From NCBI GenBank assembly GCA_002269645.1, contig NIVC01000980.1, positions 186,001 to 250,000 of the forward strand: a stretch of DNA of 64,000 nucleotides. Reading direction: 5' to 3'. Shown piece by piece: positions 49,615-61,200 of this stretch; position 1 is the stretch's first letter; each line of letters opens with the position of its first letter. Below the pieces are notes generated by a model that saw only the letters and a program-made list of their open reading frames with translations, ran no database searches and was not told where the DNA came from. A program made the translations under genes and the position numbers. This DNA is from Macrostomum lignano. Its lineage: Eukaryota.

Positions 49615-50345
49615 AATGCAATCTGTGTGAGCCAATGCAATCTGTGTGAGCCAATGCAGTCTGTGAGAGCCAATGCAGTCTGTGAGAGCCAATGCAGTCT
49701 GTGTGAGCCAATGCAATCTGTGTGAGCCAATGCAGTCTGTGTGAGCCAATGCAATCTGTGTGAGCCAATGCAATCTGTGTGAGCCAATGCAATCTGTGTG
49801 AGCCAATGCAATCTGTGTGAGCCAATGCAATCTGTGTGAGCCAATGCAATCTGTGTGAGCCAATGCAATCTATCTAATCTAAGCCAATGCAATCTACCTA
49901 ATCTAAGCCAATGCAATCTATCTAATCTAAGCCAATGCAATCTACCTAATCTAAGCCAATGCAATCTATCTAATCTAAGCCAATGCAATCTACCTAATCT
50001 AAGCCAATGCAATCTATCTAATTTAAGCCAATGCAATCTACCTAATCTAATCCAATGCAATTTATCTAATCTAAGCCTATGCAATCTATCTAATCTAAGC
50101 CAATGCAATCTATCTAATCTAAGCCAATGCAATCTATCTAATCTAAGCCAATGCAATCTATCTAATCTAAGCCAATGCAATCTATCTAATCTAAGCCAAT
50201 GCAATCTATCTAATCTAAGCCAATGCAATCTATCTAATCTAAGCCAATGCAATCTATCTAATCTAAGCCAATGCAATCTATCTAATCTAAGCCAATGCAA
50301 TCTATCTAATCTAAGCCAATGCAATCTATCTAATCTAAGCCAATG
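49615..50345. repeat. Compound minisatellite: 20-bp (GCCAATGCAATCTGTGTGAG) switching to 24-bp (GCCAATGCAATCTATCTAATCTAA)
   Basis: Directly visible; degenerate copies continue to ~50850. Confidence 0.95.
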
Positions 50346-51076
50346 CTGTAGTGTCTGTCTATCTGTTACTCGCACTCCTCAGTCCCACCAGGCACATGTC
50401 TTTGTCTAGCCGTTAGTCATCACTGTACGGCCAATGCACGCCCATGTCCTATGCACAAGTCTGTCTGTCTGCACAACTTATTTATTTTCCCCCCAACAAG
50501 CATAGGCCTGCCGATTGTATTCCCCCAAGCTGGGAAGCAGAGAAATAAATAAATAACCCCGGGGCCTGGCGCCTCAGCAAGAAGCTACGAACCAAGATCG
50601 AGCTGGCCTGCGAGGCTCACACACACGCGTGAATAATCTTATTCTTATTCATTTGGAGCTAGACTCCACAAATGCAATCTATCTTATCTAACCCAATGCA
50701 CTCTATCTAAGCCAATGCAATCTATCTAAGCCAATTCAATTCATTCAAGCCAATGCAACCTATCTTGTCTAAGCCAATGTAGTCTACATGTACATGTACG
50801 TAAGCCAATGTAATCTATCTAATCTAATCCGATTCAATCTATCTAAGCCTGAAAACGAGCATATGGTACGTGTACATGTATACCTCTAAAAAATTTGGGC
50901 TCTGTAAAAATTCACGCCACACTAAAATATGGGGCAATTCAGCGAATATTCAGTGCTCATCAGAAACAGGGAAATAACGTATATAAGCTATACAAGCCTT
51001 AAAATTCTAAGAGGGCAGAAGCATACACGTATTTTCAATACAGGGGAACAATATTTGGCTCGATCCGCTCGGATAT

Positions 51077-54000
51077 TGTTGTGTATCGAGCTTGGCAGAT
51101 AACAGTTGTATTTTAACTTAGGAAATAAGATGTAAGCATAGCAGGAAGTGGCTGAATTCCATATGCGTTAATCTTTCCGACCAGGCCCGCAGTGCCGACT
51201 TGACCGTTTGCACAGCTGTTTCAGCTGCCCGTTCGCTTGCGGGTAGTATGCCGGTGATTCCAGTTTGCGTGCACCATTGGCGCGCAACCATGAAGTGCTG
51301 GTCGGAAATATTAACGCATATGGAATTCAGCCACTTCCTGCTATGCTTACATCTTATTTCCTAAGTTAAAATACAACTGTTATCTGCCAAGCTCGATACA
51401 CAACAATGGCGTCGCCATCCTCGCTGGGCGAACTACCGCTAGACAGGCCCGACCGTGCCCAGGTCTGGCTAACTGCCTTTGAAGCGCTTGCTAGAGCCAA
51501 AGGCTGGTCCGATACTACTGAGAGGAAAACCATCGCTGACAACTTTCTTGCTTGCTGTGGACTGACTACATTGGAAAAGCTGCAAAGCCTAATATCACCG
51601 CGCGCTGTAACAGAGTTGTCGTTTACTGACATCCAAGCAGCACTCACCTCCTATCTGCGTCCGAAGGAGAAGCTTACTATCGCAGAACGCGCACGTTTTT
51701 TTACGATGCAGCAACTACCTGGTGAGCCAGTCACTGACTTTGTCATCAGATTGCGGCATGCGGCAGCCCACTGCAAATTTGACTCACTCAAGACGCATCA
51801 AAGTCCTTCGGAAGAATTGATACGAATGGCACTGATCGCCGGGACTTCGTGACGGCCGGAAGCAACAACGTGTGCTTGAGACATTGCAACTCACTGAGCT
51901 CTCCGTTTCTGAGATTGTACGAGTAGACTGCATTCGAAACATGACCCAAGTTGACAAGTTCGTCTTAAAACAGATGGAAACGACAGCAGGCCCCTCGGTG
52001 CCACCCGCGCAGACTGCTGCCATAGTTCAATCCGATGACTCGACCCTTCATTATACTCAGTCACAGCGACCTGACAGAGGCGGCACTCGCCGGAAAATCA
52101 CGGCTTGTCGATATTGTGGCAAGCCGCATCCTGAAGGACAATGCCCAGCTTTTGGCAAGATCTGTTCCAAGTGCGGAAAAAAGAACCACTTTAGTGCTGT
52201 CTGCAAATCAGCGGCCTCTCGACCCGTACATCACACCACAGCTGATGAAAAAGACACAAGACTTGATCCGCAACCTACGACCGTGCTCCATCTAACCGAC
52301 CCTCTACACTCAATAGAAGCCACGACCGAAGCAGTGCGCATCAATGATAAAACACTAGAGATGCAAGTTGATACGGGTGCATCCGTCTCCGTGTTATCGA
52401 GCGCGCAGTGGACCAAGTTGGGCCAGCCACCACTTCTACGCTGCAACCGACGCCTAGAGGCTTTTGACAGGCATGTGATGCGGTCACTCGGCAAGATGGC
52501 TACGACTGTAGAGCTACGAGGGCGTCTACACCCGGCAGAATTCATTGTGGTGACTTCCGCTAAACCGTATGGCTTGCTGGGCCGGGATCGGGACCTCCTC
52601 GATTCTGATGGTCTCTTCCACACAGAGTCACCAGCCAGCAACACAGCTGCGGAGCACCTGCCCATCATCAGAGGTATCAAGGCCCGAATGGAGTTGAAAG
52701 ATGGTGCTCGACCACAATTCTGCCGTGCGCGCCCAGTTCCCTTGGACCTGGAAGACCAGATTAACGCTGAACTAGACCGTCTTCACCGACTAGGTGTCAT
52801 CGAACCACTAGAAGGCCCAGTGAGTAATTCTTCCCCGTGGTATGGGTGAAAAAGAAGGATGGATCACTGCGGATGTGCGCTGACTATAGTGTGCATGTCA
52901 ACTCAAAGATCAAATCAGATTCGCATCCGATCCCACACGTGGAAACCATGTTCTCGAAACTAAAGAATGCCAAGACATTTGCCACCGTCGACCTGCGTTC
53001 CGCATACTGGCAGATTGAGCTAGACGAAGCGGCGAGAGATCTGGCAGTTATCAATGCGTCCCGCGGGCTCTATCGAGTAAATCGATTGCAAATGGGCATG
53101 AAAAACGCCTCTTTTATCTTTCAAAGAACAATGGAGTCCATTCTAGGGGACATAAAGGGTTTACTGATCTCCAGGACGACATTCTTGTCCATGCACCAGA
53201 CAAAACAACCCTAGAAAAGCGTCTTACTGCCGTCCGGACTCGGCTCACTGAGAAGCGCGTGACCATCAACGAGTCGAAATGCATTAGCTATTGCGATTCC
53301 GTCTCATTCTTAGGCTTTCGGATCTCTGCTGCAGGCATACAGCCCGATGATCGCCTGGTCGAGAAAATTCGTCATGTGTGTGCACCTGCAAACAAATCAG
53401 AGCTCGCCCACTTCCTCGGGCTAGTCAATTTTTTTGGGCGGCTGATCCCGAACTTTGCGGGCAAGACTGCCCCTCTTAACAGACTGAGAAAGGCCGGCAT
53501 ACCTTTTGTGTGGTCGGATGAATGCTCCAGGGCATTCGAGAGTCTCAAAATAGAGATTGCGTCAGCGCCTGTCGTCCAACCATACAGTCTGACGAAAGAG
53601 CTCACGCTCACCACCGATGCGTCCAAAAGAGCGCTCGCCGCCGTGGCAACGCAGGATGGCCATCCCGTCATATACGTGTCACGCAGCTTTTCTTCCGCTG
53701 AGGCCAACTATTCAAACATAGAGCGCGAAGCTCTGGCTATAGTTTGGGCGATTGCACGTTGGCCGACCCTTCACCATCCGTACCGACCATCAACCACTCC
53801 TGCGTTTGTTTGGGTCTGGCACCGGCATTCCGCTAAATGCATCCGCACGGATCGGCCGTTGGGCGATGTACCTGATGCAGTTCGACTACCAAATACAGTA
53901 TGTACGTGGCAGCAGCATTCCGCATGTTGACGCTCTTTCAAGACTGCGTTTTGAGGGCAGCACGGTTGATGACAAGACAACTTTTGAAGCAATTAACTCA

Positions 54001-54550
54001 GTGGCTTTTGAATCGCCCGTTTTTGACGCCAGAAGGATTGCGGCTGAAATAGACGTCGACGGCTTTGCACAGAAGATCTTCAATCGGGTGCGACAAGGAA
54101 ATTGGACGAATTGCAGCCAGGCAGAAGCACAATTTAAGAAGGTTGCCGAAAAATTGACGCTGGAGAATGGCCTGCTCTACATGCAGAGGCGCGTATACAT
54201 ACCTCCTCGTTTGCGACAGACCGCCTTCAACACGATTTACAGCACACATTCCGGAGTGCAGGCTTCCTACAATTTGCTATCTGCGACCTGTTGGTGGCCT
54301 GGGATGCAGCATGATGTCGTTCAATTTGTGCAGCGCTGCCCCGGGTGCAACCAACTGCGCCCACACGCTGGGCGTGACAGAGACCTCTGGCCCCCATCAA
54401 CATACCCATTCCAACGGATTCATATTGATTGGGCATTCGTAAAGGACGCTGGAAACATTCTAATAGTTGTGGACGCGTTCTCAGGCTGGATAGAGGCCTT
54501 CCCTAGTCGCGACCGGACAACTGACTCCGTCATTCATTTTATAGAGCGGT
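51077..54550 (+). mobile_element. Ty3/Gypsy LTR retrotransposon, Mag/K02A2.6-like, frameshifted and 3'-truncated in integrase
   Basis: Candidate 5' LTR 51077-51405 (TGT..ACA), then A-TGGCGTCG PBS-like motif; gag 51406-; CCHC knuckles CRYCGKPH..C and CSKCGKKNH..C; protease VDTGAS; RT VWVKKKDGSLRMCADY, VDLRSAYWQ, (Y)QDD; RNase H TTDAS..YSNIEREALAIVW; integrase HxxxH..CPGC, FQRIHIDW..VVDAFSGW. Similarity stops at FIERF (~54550); no 3' LTR in the window. Confidence 0.95.
51406..54550 (+). pseudogene. Gypsy gag-pol polyprotein interrupted by at least four indels
   Basis: Frame breaks near 51844 (GLRD), 52830 (SPVVWV), 53170 (Y of YQDD) and 53755 (short deletion before GRPFTIRTDH). Confidence 0.9.
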
Positions 54551-55787
54551 TTCATCTGACTACGGAGAGCATGGCAATCTTGCATGCATACATTTACATG
54601 CACGCGTGTCTTTTTCAATGGACGACTGAGGTGTCCATTGACTCCATCGTCAGGAGGTAATTCAAAGATTAATTCTTTGGGTCCGTAAATACGAGCGTAG
54701 TTAGAATTATCGGGACAAGATGAAATATATGGCTGGAGACTGATTTAGGATAGAGAACAGTGAAAAACATTTGGTTCTGAAATGCATGCATGTCAGCGAG
54801 TAAAAAGCATAAAGTAAATGTTATACTTACATATACAGCGCGAACTAGTGCCAGTGTGTACCAATTTAAACTGTGGGTGATTACAAGAAACCGGCAATAT
54901 CCAAGTACTGTCTAAAATCTTCCTTATATACTAAAACTTATGAACTCAAAATCGCTTCAGAGTAGACGCAATAAAATATACTATACTACTTCGAAATTAT
55001 GTCTATTCTTGATCCTCATGTGCACGAATGGCTGCTTAGCAAATATTTATTATATTGCTAAACCAGCTAATTCAGTTTGTATGCAACATAAATGTTGTTA
55101 AATCCTGTGCTCAATAATAGCACAAATTGTTCTTGAAACTATTAATAAGAGAATCTAATGTTAATAATAAATAATGCTATGTTTATGCTGATTTTAGTTT
55201 TATACTTTCATTTTAGTATTATTAATTCATTACATAGTCATAGTATACTCAGTATTTTTAGTCGTATAGAAAATTTCCTACCATTTATTTTATTTAATAG
55301 AGAATGAATGAGTTTTTAAAATTGATGACTATCTCTAAGATAAGATAAATATTTAGGCTTCAATTTCTATTAACTATATAGCAAATGCATAATTGTCTTA
55401 AACAAATGAAAAACATATTAATAAGATTATAATATGATACAATTTTATTCAATGATGTTTTAGCAGCTTATGTTTTTTAAGTAGTAAAACAAACTATTCT
55501 GGCAATAAACTGTATAATACCTAGTCACTAGTATAAATAATAGTTTTCATTTATAGAGTATACAATTAAAATATTTTTATAAATAAAATATTTTATCTTG
55601 TTAAATAAAACTTATGATTTAGTTTTCTAATTATTAAACATTATTAGTAAAAACATTCATTTTATCTATCTTTAATCCTAAAACTAGTATAATCAATAAG
55701 TAAAGGTCAAGTTGATTATAAAAAATTTATTTACTATTTGATGCAAAATTTACATTATTTTTTTATTTAAAAGACTATTTTATTTGC

Positions 55788-56730
55788 ATGGCTACCAAGT
55801 TGTCTGAGGAGCAGCGCCCAGTGCTGCTTGCACCAGTGTTGTCCCGTGGATGGGCGATTGTTGAGAATCGCGATGCTATATTTAAAAATTACAAATTTGA
55901 AAACTTTCAACAGGTGAACTAGCTTAAATGATTTTATTTTGAAAGCAAGTTAATTGAGGTGATATGTCAGATTCATAGTCGAAATTGCAGCAAGGTTTGT
56001 CGTCTATATGGAAGCATTGGCTGCCGATTGTACAGTCTAGATTAGAGTGAGATGGCTTCCGATTGTACAGTCTAGCTTGGAGTGAGGTGGCTTCCGATTG
56101 TACAGTCTAGCTTGGAGTGAGGTGGCTGCCGATTGTACAGTCTAGATTAGAGTGAGGTGGCTGCCGATTGTAAAGTCTAGATTGGAGTGAGGTGGCTGCC
56201 GATTGTACAGTCTTGATTGGAGTGAGATGGCTTCCGATTGTACAGTCTAGATTAGAGTGAGGTGGCTGCCAATTGTACAGTCTAGATTGGAGTGAGGTGG
56301 CTGCCGATTGTACAGTCTAGATTGGAGTGAGGTGGCTGCCGATTGTATAGTCTAGATTGGAGTGAAATGGATTCCGATTGTACAGTCTAGATTGGAGTGA
56401 GGTGGCTGCCGATTGTATAGTCTAGATTGGAGTGAAATGGATTCCGATTGTACAGTCTAGATTAGAGTGAGATGGATTCCGATTGTACAGTCTAGATTAG
56501 AGTAAGATGGCTTCCGATCGTACAGTCTAGATTTCCAACTGTGCTTTCAGGCCTTCGCCTTCATGTCATACGTGGCGCTGAACGCCGAGAAGATGGGCCA
56601 TCATCCGGAGTGGTTCAACGTGTACAACCGGGTTGACATCACCCTGACTACGCACGATTGCTCGGGCTTGTCCGACCGCGACCTCCAGCTGGCCGGCATA
56701 GCGGACGAGGCTGCTGGACACTTTGTGTAG
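55788..56730 (+). CDS. PCBD1: Pterin-4-alpha-carbinolamine dehydratase (PCD/DCoH)
   Basis: Exons 55788-55913 ([32 protein letters not shown]) and 56551-56730 ([44 protein letters not shown]); 101 aa; HHPEW signature; phase-0 GT-AG intron. Confidence 0.95.
56020..56530. repeat. 35-bp minisatellite (GATTGTACAGTCTAGATTGGAGTGAGGTGGCTGCC) in PCBD intron
   Basis: Directly visible. Confidence 0.95.
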
Positions 56731-57962
56731 ATTGACTGAAAGACGGGCGGAGTGAGGAAAGAATATTTTGGGGAATACTTAAGAGGGAGGATCTGAGAAA
56801 CGAAGGAGTGAGTGAGAGTGAGTGGTAGAGGTAGAGGTGAGAGGTGGAGTAAGAGAGTGAGAGGTAGAATGAGAGACAGAGAGTAAGAGGTAGAGTGAGA
56901 GAGTACTACAGTAGTAGTATTACTACTTACTAGTGGTTACAGTATTCGGATCGAGATTAGATTTAGAAGCTCGGCGCCCAGTCAGCTGCTCCATCAATAC
57001 TGAACATTCTACAGACTAAATGCAATGCAATATGACACATTCGGGTCGATATTAATTTTTTTGTAGCGCTATAGCTGCTGCTTTTCCTAGAACTACCCTC
57101 TATGGTGTTATTAGCAATAGTAGTTATTGATTTGAATCCTCTATTTATTGCAGTATGACTAGTAAAAGCCATTGAGTCATCTTCAGTTAGTATTGCATAA
57201 TCATGGTGATTGATTTGTATTAATAGCTCCGTTTTTAGGGCTGATCATTTTTATCAGAGGTGCCCCAATATAATTACTAATATAATTACTAAGTAGAAAT
57301 ATTATTACTGCTGAGTCTCCCTGACAACTTTATTGTCAGCTTTGCTCTCCTCTTAATCTATATGCTCTTTATTAATATTTACAATATAAATTAAATAGAA
57401 ACATTTAAAAAGCCTGTTTCTACTTAGGTTAAACATGTGTTGCTTAATTGATTTGATTTTACCTGGCTGTTAGCCGGATTAAATTAATCTTTATCTTTAT
57501 CAATATAGCGCAGCCCTTAGGCTATGGTGGGTGTGTCTTTCTTACCAAGTTTGTGGCCCTCTCGCACAGAAGCACTGATTACAGATTGTGCTTTCTGGAC
57601 AAACGCTTTCGTTTAAGAATGTTTATAAATTATCGATAGAAACATGTTGTGTAGCTATGTGCGCAGTTAATGTCATTCTGTCACTGGTAGCGAATATGTT
57701 TGTGTGTGTGCCACTGGAATACACTGAATTTATGCGGCCTAATCTTACATTAATCTTGTAGGTGTAAGCTAGCAAAATTTCCACCTAAATTTAATCTGTA
57801 TGCTTTTAGTCTAGTGACTTGGTGTCTCTACTAGAATATACTACTCGATTGTTGTCAGCCTTGAGTAGTATAGAGTGGCATTTTTTCTTAAATTATATTC
57901 CCTTAAATCCATTACATTTTTTAAATCAAGGGATGTGAAATCTTTACACTAGTTTCCAGTTT

Positions 57963-58190
57963 GCCCTTTCGTGGGCTCTGATTGGCTGTTAAATGTGCAC
58001 TAGTATCCATTCTGCCCTTAGTGAGCTCTGATTGGCTGTTAAATGTGCACTAGTATCCATTCTGTCCTTAGTGAGCTCTGATTGGCTGTTAAATGTACAC
58101 TAGTATCCATTCTGCCCTTCGTGAGCTCTGATTGGCTGTTAAATGTGCACTAGTATCCAGTCGGTCCCTTCGTGTGCTCTGATTGGCCTC
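57963..58190. repeat. 50-bp tandem repeat, ~4.6 copies, each with an inverted CCAAT box (CTGATTGGCT), immediately 5' of hexosaminidase
   Basis: ATTGGC at 57981, 58031, 58081, 58131, 58182. Confidence 0.9.
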
Positions 58191-58259
58191 TCAATCCAAT
58201 TGACCAACCTATTCTGATGCACTTTCCTATCAAACTATCTTTCACAACATGTTACAGAA

Positions 58260-61200
58260 ATGACTTTACCGTCGCTGCTGCTACTGCTGCTCGCTATTTC
58301 GGTGGCGCCGCCAGCCCTTGGCGACCCCGGCGTCGGGACCGTCTGGCCGATGCCCCGGTCGCTGTCCTTTGGTCCTAGACAGCTGCTATACATGGACAGC
58401 ACCCGGTTTTCGTTGAACCAGCCAGCCTGCCTGCTGGTCCAGGATGCCATCGTCAGGGCCCGTCGCAGCATCTTGGACTCTTCGCTGTGGCCGGAGCCCG
58501 CGCCAAGGCTGCAGCGACCGCCGAAGCTGCCGTCGTTAGGCGATTCGTTTCGCAGGCAGTCTGCCTACGGCGTGACCAGCATGCGGATGCCGGAGCCCGC
58601 TGACGCCGCGCCGTCGCCTGTGCCGCTCAGTCTGGTTCGGGTGGAGGTGCAGCGGCCCTGCAACGAGAGCGGCGGTCGGCTCATGTGGCCCAGCGTCAAG
58701 ATGAACGAGTCCTGTGAGACATGGGTGGGCGATAGCTAGCGGATGGATTCGCAATTCATGCAGGCTAGACTAGCAATCCATGTTGGCTAGACTAGCAATC
58801 CATGTAGGATAGTCTAGCAATCCATGTAGGCTAGACTAGCAATCCATGTAGGCTAGACTAGCAATCCATGTAGGCTAGACTAGCAATCCATGTAGGCTAG
58901 ACTAGCAATCCATGTAGGCTAGACTAGCAATCCATGTAGGCTAGACTAGCAATCCATGTAGGCTAGACTAGCAATCCATGTAGGCTAGACTAGCAATCCA
59001 TTCTAATCCCCCGTTGCCCCGCCGCAGACACTAACGCAGTTTCTGGCGGCCAGGTGAACATCAGTGCCCCGGAGCCCTGGGGCGCCATGTACGGCCTGGA
59101 GACCCTCGCCCAGCTCATCTCCCGCTATCCGGACGGCACTCTGCGCCTGAACGAGACTGCGGTGTCCGACCAGCCCAGGTTCGCGCACCGCGGCATCTTG
59201 CTGGACACCTCGCGACACTACCTGCCCGTGCGCACCATCATGCAGAATCTGGTACGCCCATTGAGTTATCCTATTAGTAGTTATCCCACTGGCAGTTATC
59301 CCATTGGCACTTATCCCATTGGCAGTTATCCCATTGGCAGTAATCTCATTGAACTTCAGGACGGCATGACTTACAACAAAATGAACGTGTTCCACTGGCA
59401 CATCGTGGATGATCAAAGCTTCCCATATCAGAGCTACACATTTCCTGAGCTGAGCGACAAGGCAGGGCAAATTTTTTTTTCTGGATAATTGAGCGAAATG
59501 ATTAGATCTGTGTTTGCCTGCTAGATCTGTGAGCGACATGATTAGATCTGTATTTGCCTGCTAGGTCTGCGAGCAGATTGATTAGATCTGTGAGCAATCT
59601 GCTAGATCTGTGAGCAATCTGCTAGATCTGTGAGCAATCTGCTAGATCTGTGAGCAATCTGCTAGATCTGTGAGCAATCTGCTAGATCTGTGAGCAATCT
59701 GCTAGATCTGTGAGCAGTCAGCTAGATCTCTGAGCAGTCAGCTAGATCTGTGAGCAATCTGCTAGATCTGTGAGCAGTCAGCTAGATCTGTGAGCAATCT
59801 GCTAGATCTGTGAACAATCTGCTAGATCTGTGAGCAATCTGCTAGATCTGTGAGCAAATTGCTAGATCTGTGAACAATCTGCTAGATCTGTGAGCAATCT
59901 GCTAGATCTGTGAGCAATCTGCTAGATCTGTGAGCAATCTGCTAGATATGTGAGCAATCTGCTAGATATGTGAGCAATCTGCTAGATCTGTGAGCAGTCA
60001 GCTAGATCTGTGAGCAATCAGCTAGATCTGTGAGCAATCTGCTAGATCTGTGAGCAATCTGCTAGATCTGTGAACAATCTGCTAGATCTGTGAGCAATCT
60101 GCTAGATATGTGAACAATCTGCTAGATCTGTGAACAATCTGCTAGATATGTGAGCAATCTGCTAGATCTGTGAACAATCTGCTAGATCTGTGAGCAATCT
60201 GCTAGATCTGTGAGCAGTCAGCTAGATCTGTGAGCAATCTGCTAGATCTGTGAGCAATCTGCTAGATCTGTGAACAATCTGCTAGATATGTGAGCAATCT
60301 GCTAGATCTGTGAACAATCTGCTAGATCTGTGAGCAATCTGCTAGATCTGTGAGCAGTCAGCTAGATCTGTGAGCAATCTGCTAGATCTGTGAGCAATCT
60401 GCTAGATCTGTGAGCAAACTGCTAGATCTGTGAGCAATCTGCTAGATCTGTGAGCAAACTGCTAGATCTGTGAGCAATCTGCTAGATCTGTGAGCAATCT
60501 GCTAGATCTGTGAGCAAACTGCTAGATCTGTGAACAATCTGCTAGATCAGCTCCCTTTCTAACCCGCAGGGAGCCTACTCTGGCCGGCACGTGTACAGCC
60601 AGCAGGACGTGGCCTCGATCGTTGAGCACGCCCGGCGTCGCGGTATTCGCGTTGTCCCCGAGTTCGACACCCCCGGCCACACCCTGTCGTGGGGTGCTGG
60701 CCGGCCAGGCCTGCTCACCGCCTGCTACAACGGCAAGGGGTCGCCCGACGGCACCTACGGGCCGGTGAGGCTGCCGCGAATGTGTGCGGATTAGGGGGAT
60801 TATGAGCTGATCAATGTTTCCGAATATGGGATTAGAGCATAAAGCAATGGGCAGATTGGTAAAGGATTAGCGGACCGATTAATCAATAAATGAATTAAAG
60901 GATTAGCTTGTGGATCAATAAATGAGTGGATTAAGGGATTAACGGACTGAGATCAATAAATAAGTAGGTTAAGAGATTAGCTTGTGGATCAATAAATGAG
61001 TGGATTAAGGGATTAGCAGACTGAGATCAATAAATGAGTGGATTAAGGGATTAGCAGACTGAGATCAATAAATGAGTGGATTAAGGGATTAGCAGACTGA
61101 GATCAATAAATGAGTGGATTAAGGGATTAGCAGACTGAGATCAATAAATGAGTGGATTAAGGGATTAGCGGACCGATCACTGAATCAAAAGATTATTGGA

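Noticed and set aside
51077-51405. Interpretation of the palindrome as an independent MITE or DIRS terminal repeat
   Set aside because: No TSD, it abuts the PBS-like motif and gag ATG exactly, and the element has protease and DDE integrase, not a tyrosine recombinase
54660-55780. Possible 3' LTR or rest of integrase
   Set aside because: AT-rich sequence with no similarity to 51077-51405, and no PPT or D,D(35)E continuation
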